From a virus, in IMG/VR virus record IMGVR_UViG_3300005681_000033, positions 102,784 to 166,783 of that record: DNA of 64,000 nucleotides; one strand, given 5' to 3'. The notes under the pieces are model-generated. The model worked only from the letters and a program-made list of their open reading frames with translations, had not been told where the DNA came from and searched no databases. Position 1 is the first letter of the stretch. Every line of letters starts with the position of its first letter. Below, one piece after another: positions 48,501 to 58,141 of the stretch. Position numbers and translations under genes: made by a program.

Positions 48501-51496
48501 GCATTAATTGACATGGTTGAATTCGTTACAGCCTTGCGATATAAATTAATTGGGAAAGTCTTCTCAGAGGCATTGCCATCAAGAACCACGATCATGTTGT
48601 CGTCAAAGTCAAAATCAAGTGGACTTAAAACAACATAACGATCGTTTTGTCGAACACGACGGATGGTTTTAGTTTCGTCGATATCGATGGTGATTCCTGT
48701 TAAAGCATCAATTTGTACTGTTTGATCAACACCCTGATTGTCTTTGATATAAGAACCAGAAGTTAAATAAGGATGTTTCATGCAAATCAACATATTAGGG
48801 TCAACACCCAATACTGCCAAATCAATTGCAGATTCAAGATCTGGAATCATTGAATTTGGTGGGTCAGCTTGTCTGTTACCAGAAAAATACGAATGAATGA
48901 ACAATGGAAATCTAGTAGAATTTTGATCATTTTTAAAGAAACCAAAGTGTGAAAAACTAGATGTAGCGTAGTCACCCAATGTAAAATTTAAATTCTTAGC
49001 CGCATCATTAAAAGTAAATAGCAAGATACTACCGTCAGTATTTTTATTATTTGAAGTAATCTTGATAATCTCGTCATTTTCCGTAGATGCCGTTGCACCA
49101 GGAATTTGAGATGTTAAATTAGCCGCAACTGTATTGATATTGTAAGAACCAGCTGCAATCTGTACTTTTAATGGAGGAATTGCAGTTCTAAGAAATGCCA
49201 AACCTTCGAAAAATGTTACAGGAGCTTGTACTGAAGCACCAGCAAATTCTGTAGGGGTAACTTTTAATTCAAAGTAATCGTTAGTTAAAGATTGAGTTCC
49301 AACCGCATTAACACGACCTTCAAGTCTGTTGCCAGGCAATAGATCGTCAGACCAAACAACCACATAATCACCTGGTTGCACGGCTGCAAAGGCACCGGCA
49401 AAAGATGCTCGATAACGAACAATATTTGTTGTTGGCTTAGTTACATAGAACAAGCTATCGCTTAGTACACCATGGTTGATGATTTCCGCATCTTGATTGT
49501 CAACCATTACCCACATTTGTGCATCAGCAGGTAATGTAACTGATCCACCAAGGATAGCTGAACTATAAACTGTGGCTTGTGTAAACTCAGAACCTGCAGT
49601 TAAACTATCGCCAGCTGCCAAAGGATTTGTAAGTTTAATTTGAGCTGTATTTCTAGATAATTTAAAGTCTGCTTCAGCACCATTGGCAGAAAGACCAACT
49701 GAATTAGTAAACATACCCTTAGAAACTAAAGTAGATGACTCGTCAATAATTAATTGAGCGCGTGAGTTTGTACCAAGGTTAGAAACAAGAACCAATCTAT
49801 TCCCATTGATAGAAGCAGTAACACCTGTGATTTTAGCGTTAATCACATTCACCCATGATTGCAATGTGTTTGTTTTTGCAACTGTGGAGTGTGTGCCTTC
49901 TGCTAAGAAATCAGCATTGGTGAAAGTATATGTAATGGATTGAGTTTTATCAACCATCAAAATAAGAGTATCACCCGGTGCAATGGTATTTGACCAATCA
50001 GTTTGATTGGCAGACTCAATAACCGCTAAACGACCATTTCTACTCAAAGGAATGTTGTTTTTGTATAAACGCAAGGTCTCAACTTCACTTGAAGATAAAC
50101 CAAGCGCTTCACCAGCATCAGTCCCAACAGTAGGTGTTGTTTTTTGTAAATATTCAGAAGTTTCAGCCTTAGCCTGAATCGCAACGCGAGTTCCACTATC
50201 AACTGTACTTGCAGAGTATTTTAAATCAGGATTTGCATTGATAGAAGCTACCACTTCATAAGCAGAAGCAAAACCATTAGCTTTGAAGTCACCTTCAGCA
50301 AAAGCGTGTTCTGAAAGAATACCACCCACAAGAATTGAAAGTCTATCGTTTGGATTGATTTCAAATGGTGCAGATTCTGTAGATGTTAAAGTAGCTTTCG
50401 CTACAGAAGTTTGAGTTCCACTTGTAGCCAATTGGAAATTTCTCTCACCACCAAGAGCAGAGTCAACAATAAATTCTAAACCAATACCCTTGGTTTTTTC
50501 TTCATATCCACCACCATTATCAATATATAGAGTGGTTTCATCACCATCAGAAAAAATTTCATCAGAAATAACAACTGCATTTTCATCAGACGCTTGGGCA
50601 CCCAACACAGCATTTTTTACCGCAATGGCAGTTCCAAGGCCGCGAGAAATACGAGCTTTTTTAATTCTATTTCGGATTTCTTGGTCAGTTTCTTCGTTTT
50701 TACCTGTGATAAACCCTACTGGGTTGGTAACTGTAGCGCCTGTGAAAGGAGCTGATACGAATTCACGGATAGCATTTCTAGGTACATTTCCATCAGTTCC
50801 AGTTTCTTGAGCAGCAACTGGCACATCCGTAACAGTGTCTTCACCGTCAAGTAAAGTGGTATTTCTAGTCACTGTGAAATTTACATCTGGAGATGAACCG
50901 GAAGAAAGGGTTTTCACAACCGTTCCAGCTGCGATATTACGAGTTCCACCCTGAGCCAAGATCACCTTTTCTGATAAATTGTGATACTTGGTAGTTGGAG
51001 CTGATAAATTAATGACATAATATCCACCAACAGGTGTAATGCTGCTGTAGGCCAAAGGACCCTCGACATTTGGAGTTCCACGACCAATGTAAATTGAACC
51101 CGAAGCGTCAAACTCGGAAGCATCAGATACTGGAATTTCCATGGAGCCGATATTTGGAGGTTGAGCACCAGCATAAATTTTAGTTACTTTTTTGGTAAAA
51201 GAAGAGTCGCCGATTGTAACCTTACCAGTGGCAACACGAGCGTTGATGGCTGGAAGACCTTCTTCTTCACGAATACGTTGTAAAGCTTCGCCCTCAGCAC
51301 GATCAACTGAAAAATCTCTTAAAATAGCAAAGGTATCGCCTGAAGCACGATATACGGCCTGGGCCATAGCTTCAAAAAATGAAACGACGGTAGAACCGAC
51401 GTTCAAATCATTTACACCGATCTTAGCCATATAAGTGGCTAACATATCACCTAAAATAACTTCATATGCCTGGGGATTTGGCAATCTACTGGCCAT
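45533..51496 (-). CDS. Giant baseplate J-like wedge protein (1987 aa)
   Basis: N-terminal DLNVGS, AEGEAL, ATGKVT, V.AQETG.DGNV, G.NEETD.EIRNRI; J-type C-terminus GIGESIAISDII..V.SIPG. Confidence 0.8.
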   Translation of the reverse strand: MASRLPNPQAYEVILGDMLATYMAKIGVNDLNVGSTVVSFFEAMAQAVYRASGDTFAILRDFSVDRAEGEALQRIREEEGLPAINARVATGKVTIGDSSFTKKVTKIYAGAQPPNIGSMEIPVSDASEFDASGSIYIGRGTPNVEGPLAYSSITPVGGYYVINLSAPTTKYHNLSEKVILAQGGTRNIAAGTVVKTLSSGSSPDVNFTVTRNTTLLDGEDTVTDVPVAAQETGTDGNVPRNAIREFVSAPFTGATVTNPVGFITGKNEETDQEIRNRIKKARISRGLGTAIAVKNAVLGAQASDENAVVISDEIFSDGDETTLYIDNGGGYEEKTKGIGLEFIVDSALGGERNFQLATSGTQTSVAKATLTSTESAPFEINPNDRLSILVGGILSEHAFAEGDFKANGFASAYEVVASINANPDLKYSASTVDSGTRVAIQAKAETSEYLQKTTPTVGTDAGEALGLSSSEVETLRLYKNNIPLSRNGRLAVIESANQTDWSNTIAPGDTLILMVDKTQSITYTFTNADFLAEGTHSTVAKTNTLQSWVNVINAKITGVTASINGNRLVLVSNLGTNSRAQLIIDESSTLVSKGMFTNSVGLSANGAEADFKLSRNTAQIKLTNPLAAGDSLTAGSEFTQATVYSSAILGGSVTLPADAQMWVMVDNQDAEIINHGVLSDSLFYVTKPTTNIVRYRASFAGAFAAVQPGDYVVVWSDDLLPGNRLEGRVNAVGTQSLTNDYFELKVTPTEFAGASVQAPVTFFEGLAFLRTAIPPLKVQIAAGSYNINTVAANLTSQIPGATASTENDEIIKITSNNKNTDGSILLFTFNDAAKNLNFTLGDYATSSFSHFGFFKNDQNSTRFPLFIHSYFSGNRQADPPNSMIPDLESAIDLAVLGVDPNMLICMKHPYLTSGSYIKDNQGVDQTVQIDALTGITIDIDETKTIRRVRQNDRYVVLSPLDFDFDDNMIVVLDGNASEKTFPINLYRKAVTNSTMSINANQFRAYDVDAGATTQFSQFFGSSFSFKNYKAMMKAKNVLDPQSMTDEDAILYRSAIWGVGGEKYRVGYVYPTAANQDISHSVLVGEDVNVKIGLKSGAPVVNTIDGTTEWDVTVTPNTPVAGVDEVSYTWNGNGTNPTMPTLAPGHYVTINGNGEFSAANQGTFRVSFATSTSFTVRRPNGAALAENNIATLTTNTISMYENDDTTAQEVVDYVTANLINWITAEIVNDNGTTGAGVIDHSTWEDNDFASDADAIYMLDGMNWISSSTLGNSAPNPQFVLKKTLDLPSYDTNSIAAYAFNNGEELRLIPTTIEQLSEFLSVLAVTGFTTLGEVSVVDRGEILQLATQILGSSGSVKMSGGRGNVSQAQVLGTSSLIPNTDLMQSSISKAASAGLAVGQWLKVQASNLQQKSTGISFTTQVTIVPNDPTANVSSISLANREVADRYFGQPRNMFRDRSRAFHVEKHGSLVNISWDNVTGGSPVFQKSVEFNDAGGGNMSVTFNSDTQYTEYTRTSGSRNFSEVQPGDIATISGFADAENNGNFVVVGVSDDGLTIAVDNPDGLSAGATSIAAGAITITTEIKEGDTLEIGAPFSNLNQGMFRVIRRYENSIYIENEFAVEERVVVASNLRSLGFDNTTQFDVTVSGDMVITYDGTGTTPTLSNAKMGDILTVGTAFAANNQGDFMITEVGSNYIKVANAKAVAQSNITVSGIGGNVLEAHIPSMVYSPYENTRAGDTFVISGNVLNAGNLGTHNIVEVLSKTKAIVSGILTAQSSVQLNNLFVQVYVEEGIPYSGYKKVFSKAVDPANTNRVLLLFDSNEEYVKINEAASTLLTSQGKLGFSETTISGFDSYKHHIGLIAQSNKIVYGDPRDNVTYPGVAAAGAEIFIKPPLVRRITVSINVRVQTGIPFSRITEQVRNNIAALINSTGIGESIAISDIISTVNSIPGTIAISISSPTYDPLNDIIVVNPAEKPFVLDIVNDIQVSKVE

Positions 51497-51511
51497 TTGT
51501 TCTCCTGATAT

Positions 51512-51524
51512 CCTTAAAGATTGC
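51512..51524 (-). promoter_or_regulatory. Putative late promoter GCAATCTTTAAGG
   Basis: Upstream of AGGAG RBS of baseplate J; a TGTGGTATTAT copy lies at 51536-51546. Confidence 0.6.
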
Positions 51525-51549
51525 TAACATATAGTATAATACCACATTT

Positions 51550-54231
51550 TTAAGCAGCCTTAACGTCAAATGAAATAGGTACGATTCCAGAGCCATTGGC
51601 AATCCGAATAACCATATCAATTTTCATAGTTGGTCCATCCAATCGAATGTTAATACTCTCGATTGCTTCAAACCTATCGTCACTCGCAATCATTGCGTTT
51701 AAGGATTTGATAATTTCACCGTTTTCGATATCCGCTACCGAGATGCCGTGGGTCAAACCAATGCCATACTCTAGATGCCGAAGTAGTGTTCCTCGTTGTG
51801 TTCTAATTTTTAACTTTAACGCTTGAATCAAATTTGTCAAACCACTTGCTAATCTGAAGTCACCCACTGAATTCACAGCAATGTCAAAATTGTCAGTCAA
51901 TAAAAAGTCAATTTTGGCCAACTTATTCAAGGCTGTACTTGGCATGTTAACAATGTCAAATACACGATCGTCTTCATCTGCAGGTTGATTTGTAGGAATA
52001 TAAATCTGATTTTGACTATTCACAGTGCCTGGTAGATAACCTTGCATTCTAGCGTTGTCGTCAGTTTGAAATAAGTCCAAATTAGCCAACCCATCAACAG
52101 TAACCAAGAAGTTACCATCGCCAATTTTCTCCACATTAACAATTTTACGAGTAACTGGTGGAACTGTATCGGACACAATAGTAATTTTTTGACCGATATA
52201 TAAGTTATCTTCTGTATCATTTACGTTAAATTGTCGACCTTCTGCATTCGATAAAAATTCATAGGTAAAACCTGTTTCATCAATATATGGAGATCTCAAT
52301 TTATTCAATGTTACAATCTCAAGCCATTTTGAAGAATCACCCATATATCTAGCTGCAATCTCTTCGATTGTGGCTCCAAACGGCACAGGAGCTAATAATT
52401 TTGAACTGAAATCTTCAAAATCAATTCCAGACTCATTAGCTAAACCACCAACAAATTCCATAGGATTTTGAATAGTTAGATCATCATATTTTTTCGTAGC
52501 ACAAAGCAAATCATACATTTGAACAGCTTGAAATAAAGCTTGTAAAACCTCATTCTCTTCCACTGTCATTGGGATAGGACGATCTTTAGGTGTTGGCAAT
52601 CCATAAACATCAGAATAAACGGCACTTCCGGCACCAAAACTATCTGCAATATCATGAGCCAAGTTAACAATTTCCTGTCTGAATCCACGAAAGTCATTTA
52701 CATTCAATAAACGAACACGAAGCAATTCATCATCAATAGCAAGTTGTTGCGCTGGGTTTAAAGTCAAATCATCAACTGAAATTCCATCAAATAAATCAAA
52801 GTTTTCTTCTGGGTTTTTAAATACATCGGTTAATGGGTCTGTTTCAAGTCGTTGTGCTGCCTCAGCGCCTAGAGCACCTGAAGCAATCTCTTCATTTGAA
52901 AGACCTTCATTGACTTTTTGACGATCAAGAACAGAGCTAATTACACTTCCAGCTTTTTGAGACGAAGATGTATTTTTACCACTAATAGGATTTCTTAAAA
53001 CCAAAGAATCAGCATTTGAAGACGTACTTCTATCAGCTCCTCTTTGAAAAGCATTTGCAGACGTCACCCATGCAGAATTAATAGCGGAATTGAAATCATC
53101 GATTAATTGACGTGGTAAATCACCAACGGCAAAAGCCAATCCTGCAGTATCTTTAACAACCAATGAGGTTTGACGAAGAACGTTAAATGGTTTTTGGAAA
53201 TCAGATCGAACTGCTTTCACTAAATTTACAGAGCTAGAAAGAGTTCTTCGAACTTCAGCTATTGTTCCAACAATCCGTTGAAATAAATTAGCTTCCATTT
53301 TAGGAAGTTCACCACCAGCAGGTTGTGATTCAGATTGCAAATCAATTCTTTTCCAAGCCTTTAATTGGAAAGAAAATAACATCTCACTTGGCTTTCTTTC
53401 GCTTTGATTTAACTCAAAAGCCAAAGGAGTTACGATAAATGATTGATTCTGTTTAGGAATATCAAACACTAAACGCCATCCTTTATTTTTAGGATTGCGT
53501 TTCGCTTCTGCATATCGATCTAAGAATTCACCCAAATACAAAGCTTGATAATAACCAGTTGAAAAAATATTGGCATCTGTTTCCCCTGGCTTTAATACCT
53601 TACTAGCATTATTTGGATGCTGGCCGTTAAACATATTGGCAACTCGATTGATATTGTTAATCAATCCTTGAGCTGCTTCCAAAGTTCCACCAGCAATTGA
53701 ACCAAGTGATGTGGGATTTGCAATTTTTCCACCCTGAACTGGTTTTGTAGGCCAAATACCAGTGGTTCCAGAGGCTGTAATGGTTTTGAACTTGACCCCA
53801 TTGTGCTCTTCAACCACACCACGCATTGTAGCTGAGGTATTGATAGAAAATTGAGTTGACATTTTCAATTGTTGAGGTGTAATTGGCAACGTACATTCCC
53901 AAGAACCAGACAAAATAGTTTCGTTTAATACGTAGGTAAGGCCCGTTGCGCCCTTAACTGTAGAGGCTTTACTTTTAGCGCCTTTTTTGTCCCCACCAAC
54001 GATTTGTGGTTTTCCAGGCTTTGAAACATCCACAACGATCAATCGATAAGGGTATAGCTTATTCCAACGCTGAGGGTCAATACTCAATGGCTGCCAAAAT
54101 ACAGAATCTTGGACAGCTGATGGGTCACCTTCCCATGGCGTTTTGCCATTTTGGGTTTTAGACGTACTTGTAGAGGTGTCCAAACCCAATTGTTTATTGA
54201 TAAAATTGCTAATATCTGAAAATAAATTCAT
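51550..54231 (-). CDS. Baseplate hub/wedge fusion (LysM-like plus gp25/W-like C-terminus)
   Basis: TIEEIAARYMGD..KW.EI..LNKL (LysM-like); GD....SG..NL.QAL..K..T.RG.L..H..YG (gp25-like). Confidence 0.7.
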   Translation of the reverse strand: MNLFSDISNFINKQLGLDTSTSTSKTQNGKTPWEGDPSAVQDSVFWQPLSIDPQRWNKLYPYRLIVVDVSKPGKPQIVGGDKKGAKSKASTVKGATGLTYVLNETILSGSWECTLPITPQQLKMSTQFSINTSATMRGVVEEHNGVKFKTITASGTTGIWPTKPVQGGKIANPTSLGSIAGGTLEAAQGLINNINRVANMFNGQHPNNASKVLKPGETDANIFSTGYYQALYLGEFLDRYAEAKRNPKNKGWRLVFDIPKQNQSFIVTPLAFELNQSERKPSEMLFSFQLKAWKRIDLQSESQPAGGELPKMEANLFQRIVGTIAEVRRTLSSSVNLVKAVRSDFQKPFNVLRQTSLVVKDTAGLAFAVGDLPRQLIDDFNSAINSAWVTSANAFQRGADRSTSSNADSLVLRNPISGKNTSSSQKAGSVISSVLDRQKVNEGLSNEEIASGALGAEAAQRLETDPLTDVFKNPEENFDLFDGISVDDLTLNPAQQLAIDDELLRVRLLNVNDFRGFRQEIVNLAHDIADSFGAGSAVYSDVYGLPTPKDRPIPMTVEENEVLQALFQAVQMYDLLCATKKYDDLTIQNPMEFVGGLANESGIDFEDFSSKLLAPVPFGATIEEIAARYMGDSSKWLEIVTLNKLRSPYIDETGFTYEFLSNAEGRQFNVNDTEDNLYIGQKITIVSDTVPPVTRKIVNVEKIGDGNFLVTVDGLANLDLFQTDDNARMQGYLPGTVNSQNQIYIPTNQPADEDDRVFDIVNMPSTALNKLAKIDFLLTDNFDIAVNSVGDFRLASGLTNLIQALKLKIRTQRGTLLRHLEYGIGLTHGISVADIENGEIIKSLNAMIASDDRFEAIESINIRLDGPTMKIDMVIRIANGSGIVPISFDVKAA

Positions 54232-54288
54232 CCGTTTTTAAATTCCCTTTAATGCACATCCAGGAACGTGGATTTTCGTGGTATACTA

Positions 54289-54320
54289 TATAAGATTGCA
54301 CTTTTCGCAATCTTTAAGGG
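54289..54320. promoter_or_regulatory. Divergent pair of putative late promoters
   Basis: TATAAGATTGC-7nt-GCAATCTTTAAGGG inverted arrangement between the divergent genes at 54231 (-) and 54326 (+). Confidence 0.55.
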
Positions 54321-54325
54321 TAGAG

Positions 54326-54931
54326 ATGAAACTTTGTACAAAATGTAATAATCACAAGCCTTTAGAATGTTTTTCTAAAGATAAAAAAAGACCTGATGGT
54401 CTACAACTATCTTGTAAGGATTGTCAACGTCTTTATTACCTTAAAAATCAAGAAAAGATTAAGAAATACAAAGACTTAAACAAAAATTCTAAGCAACAGT
54501 ATGATTTGACGTATAGATCTGCAAATAAAGAAGCCATTCGCTTAAAAGATCAAATCTATTACAATAGCCATAAAGATGCTATTAAAAATAGAGTGATGGG
54601 GTGGCAAGCAGCACAACCTAAGGGCGGTCACTATCACATTGCAAAAAATTTAAGAGATCGACTAAGAAAAGCTGTTCAAAAAGATCAAAAAAATGGCTCG
54701 GCTATTGATAACCTTGGCTGTTCCATTACTGACTTTAAAAAACATATTGAATCTAAATTTGACAATGAAATGAATTGGAACAATTATGGTTTTAGTGGTT
54801 GGCATATTGACCATATCAAACCATTAAATACTTTTGATTTAACATCTCCAGAAGAATTTAAAAAAGCGTGTCATTATAGTAATTTACAACCATTGTGGGC
54901 TATTGATAACCTAACAAAGGCTAAAAAATGA
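54326..54931 (+). mobile_element. HNH homing endonuclease gene (paralog of 35620-36228)
   Basis: CTKC...CKDC, LGCS, WHIDHIKP, CHYSNLQPLW..DNL.K. Confidence 0.85.
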
Positions 54932-55116
54932 GTAAAATGATGGCAAGACGAAGAAAAGCGAAAAAAACACGCAAAACTTTGTCTAACCTAATGAAATCGC
55001 TAGAGAATATCAAACCAAGGGTGCCCGTTCCACCTACCGGCGTCGCTTTTGGGTCCATAAAAGACTATAATAGGAAAGATAACAAAAAGGCTATTAGAGA
55101 AGGTTTGGATGATTGA
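54928..55116 (+). CDS. Small basic protein
   Basis: ATGA coupling; K/R-rich with KDYNRK. Confidence 0.55.
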   Translation: MSKMMARRRKAKKTRKTLSNLMKSLENIKPRVPVPPTGVAFGSIKDYNRKDNKKAIREGLDD

Positions 55117-55294
55117 CAACGACATTTTGATTATGATTTCGATGAGTATGTCTTTCGCCGTTGGGCTTTCCCTGGTACCATTAGCAGTAATAACGTACAT
55201 CACAGCTCTAAAATTTTATCGAGCGAATAGGAATAGGAAAGTTGATGAGAAGAGGCGCAAAACCTTCAAAATCGTCCAAGGAAGCAAAAAATAA
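55109..55294 (+). CDS. Small membrane protein
   Basis: One TM segment plus basic tail. Confidence 0.55.
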   Translation: MIDNDILIMISMSMSFAVGLSLVPLAVITYITALKFYRANRNRKVDEKRRKTFKIVQGSKK

Positions 55295-56483
55295 CAACAA
55301 ACAAAAGGAAAAAGTCTACGTTGTAGATACCAATGTTATTATTCATGACCCAAACATCCTAAAAAAATTAAAAGGTAGAGTTTTCGTTCCTACCACCGTT
55401 TTATCCGAGCTTGATAAGCATAAAAGCGGACATTCTGAAAAAGCGCGAAACATTCGTGAGTTTGCCAGATATATCGAAAAAAATCCTAAAAAAATGTGGT
55501 TGCACAACTCTTCTGAGTACGAAGGGACATGTGACGAACAAATCATTACCAGTGCCATTCGACTTGGTCAAAATGGTTTTGATGTAACCCTAATCACAAA
55601 TGACATCTTGATGGGTGTCATTGCTCGCGGATTTGGTGTTAAACTTGAACGTCACGAGCTAATTGAATCTTCCATTGACATGCCCTACAAAGGTGTATTA
55701 GCCGGTCTTGATGCGGAGAATGAAAAGGCTAAACTCCGCAAAGGCAAAGAATTAAATAAATATCTTGCTCTTCACGATGGTATTTATCGCCACACAAATG
55801 ACGGCCTTAAAAAACTCCCAAAAGATTTTCAAGTTTGGGGAATTGGACACAAAAATCTTGAACAAAGATGCTCACTTGACGCACTTTTAGACCCTAAAGT
55901 AAAACTTGTTACCTTAACTGGACGTGCTGGTACAGGTAAAACATTAATGGCTATTCTTGGTGGTTTACACGCTGTTTTGGAAGAACAAAGCCATAAGCGT
56001 TTGCTTGTGGCTAGACCTGCAATTCCAATGGGTCAAGATCTTGGTTATTTACCAGGAAATATGGAGGAGAAGCTGGCTCCATGGATGCAACCCATCATCG
56101 ACAACATCGAATTCGTTTTTGACAATGGTGCCAATGGACGTGGGAAAAGTGCATGGCATGATATGCTCACCAATGGTATTTTAAAAATGGAGTCTCTAGG
56201 TCATATCCGTGGTCGAAGTATTCCAAATGAATATATTATCATTGACGAAGCTCAAAATCTTACCCGCCATGAAGTAAAAACAATTATCTCACGCGCAGGC
56301 GAAAACACTAAAATTATTCTAACTGGAGATTTACAACAAATCGACAACCCTAAGGTTGATTCAATCAGCAATGGTCTTGCTTATGTGATCGACAAATTCA
56401 AAGACCAAGAGATTGCTGCACACATCCATTTTTCTAAATGTGAGAGATCGGAATTGGCTGAGTTGGCATCTGAGTTACTGTAG
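55245..56483 (+). CDS. phoH: PIN-domain/PhoH-like ATPase
   Basis: VVDTNV..HDP, V.SELD..K, G.AGTGKT, LGYLPG...EK..PW, IRGRSI, IDEAQN, GD..QID. Confidence 0.92.
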   Translation: MRRGAKPSKSSKEAKNNNKQKEKVYVVDTNVIIHDPNILKKLKGRVFVPTTVLSELDKHKSGHSEKARNIREFARYIEKNPKKMWLHNSSEYEGTCDEQIITSAIRLGQNGFDVTLITNDILMGVIARGFGVKLERHELIESSIDMPYKGVLAGLDAENEKAKLRKGKELNKYLALHDGIYRHTNDGLKKLPKDFQVWGIGHKNLEQRCSLDALLDPKVKLVTLTGRAGTGKTLMAILGGLHAVLEEQSHKRLLVARPAIPMGQDLGYLPGNMEEKLAPWMQPIIDNIEFVFDNGANGRGKSAWHDMLTNGILKMESLGHIRGRSIPNEYIIIDEAQNLTRHEVKTIISRAGENTKIILTGDLQQIDNPKVDSISNGLAYVIDKFKDQEIAAHIHFSKCERSELAELASELL

Positions 56484-56488
56484 GATAA

Positions 56489-56767
56489 ATGGATACTCAA
56501 GAAATAGCCGGAATGGTGTATCATAAATTAAAGGGTGCCAATGTATACAGCGAACTAAACGACAGTGCGCTGTATAAAACTATCCATGCATACATAAAAC
56601 GTGTATATGAAAAACATCTTTACGATGCTCAAAAGAAATTAAGGGCTGAAGAAGTAGAAGGTGTTATCCCAAGCACTAAAAAGTACGAAGCGGCCTATGC
56701 TAAAATCGAAGAGGCTGTTTTATTAGAAGCTAATAAATTAGCAGCTATAGAAAAATCTGATCTTTAA
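56489..56767 (+). CDS. Hypothetical protein
   Basis: AGGA RBS. Confidence 0.6.
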   Translation: MDTQEIAGMVYHKLKGANVYSELNDSALYKTIHAYIKRVYEKHLYDAQKKLRAEEVEGVIPSTKKYEAAYAKIEEAVLLEANKLAAIEKSDL

Positions 56768-58137
56768 AGAACTTTGTAAAGACGTGCTAATTCATTTTGG
56801 CGATATTTTTGTGGAATCTTATCAGCAAGATAAATCGTATTCCCCTGCACATTAACAATAGTGGTTTGAATTTCTTCTTGACCATCAGCACATACATAGA
56901 CTGTATTTCCAACAGAAAAACCAGCGCCATTCAATACATGAATTGTTGCTGTCCCAGTTGCAGGTGCTCTAAAAGCCGAACAAACCATAACAGAAGCATA
57001 AACAGCTGCTGTATTATCATTTGAATCTTTAGCCTGTCCTTGAGCTGCCTGTCCACGCTGTAAGCCTTTAAGCTTAGTCAAAGAACCACCCATAACATTT
57101 AAACGAGTGTTGATAATCTTCATTCGCTGCCCATAAAAACCAGTAGTGGCGGTTAAAGAACCATCGGTCAAATTTTGAACAATTGTGCCAAGATTCGTAT
57201 TTAATTGTGCCAATCTAGTTGTGATAAAAGCTTGACGAGCAATTAACTCATCTTTAATTGGTTGTAATTCAGCAGCACGAAACTTAACAGGACCAAGCAA
57301 ATTAAAGTTATAGGAATTGAATCCTGCACAAGTAGTTTGCATATGTGCTGTGTTGTATGTTGTAAGAGCCTGCCATGTGTCGATAATTGAAATGGCATTT
57401 GTAATATCGGCTTTAGAAGCTGTGTTTTGTGCAGATCTAGTTGGGTCTGTATCTGTAGTAGGAACGACCGCAAAAGTCGCATTCATAAATGTTTCCCAAG
57501 CTAAAATAGAAGCAATTAAATTGCTACCTGCAGTTTGCATTGCCGGGTCATTTGCGATTAAATCTGGCCCTGGAGTCCAAATACCACCGTTGGTTGTACA
57601 ATCTGATTGAGTTGTGTAAGCAGGGAGAGAGCATGTGCCTGTAGCTCCGCAAGATTGACCAGTACTTCGGGTAATATTTGAAAAAGACTCCACGACTGCA
57701 ATTTTAGCCAAAACGTCATCAATTGCCGTTTGTTCCTTGGCCACAACCGAATAAGCTTCTGCATATGATTTTCCCAAAGCCTTGTTATAAGCATATGGGA
57801 TAAAATACTTCCAAACCCCACCAGGTAAAGATGGTGTAGGTGTTTGTGGGTCGTTAGGAAAAAAAGAATTGCCAATCACACGATCGGCAGAGTCTAACAA
57901 ATCTTGTTCAGCAAGAGTTGTATGGCCATTAGCATCATATCGCTCACGTTCTGTTTGGTAACCATTAATCAAAACAGTTACATCGTCCATGAGCTTTTTA
58001 TTAGCGTCGTCTTCTTTTTGGGCTTTTTGCTTCTCACCGTCAATTTGCGCAACAATAGTATCAGACGCCGCATTTTGTTGCGGAATCTGAACAATTTTCT
58101 TGGAAATAGCTATGCGTTCTTCTTGTGTAAGTGCCAT
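56764..58137 (-). CDS. Putative virion protein
   Basis: 457-aa A/T/Q-rich ORF preceded by the late-type motif. Confidence 0.55.
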   Translation of the reverse strand: MALTQEERIAISKKIVQIPQQNAASDTIVAQIDGEKQKAQKEDDANKKLMDDVTVLINGYQTERERYDANGHTTLAEQDLLDSADRVIGNSFFPNDPQTPTPSLPGGVWKYFIPYAYNKALGKSYAEAYSVVAKEQTAIDDVLAKIAVVESFSNITRSTGQSCGATGTCSLPAYTTQSDCTTNGGIWTPGPDLIANDPAMQTAGSNLIASILAWETFMNATFAVVPTTDTDPTRSAQNTASKADITNAISIIDTWQALTTYNTAHMQTTCAGFNSYNFNLLGPVKFRAAELQPIKDELIARQAFITTRLAQLNTNLGTIVQNLTDGSLTATTGFYGQRMKIINTRLNVMGGSLTKLKGLQRGQAAQGQAKDSNDNTAAVYASVMVCSAFRAPATGTATIHVLNGAGFSVGNTVYVCADGQEEIQTTIVNVQGNTIYLADKIPQKYRQNELARLYKVL

Positions 58138-58141
58138 ATAT

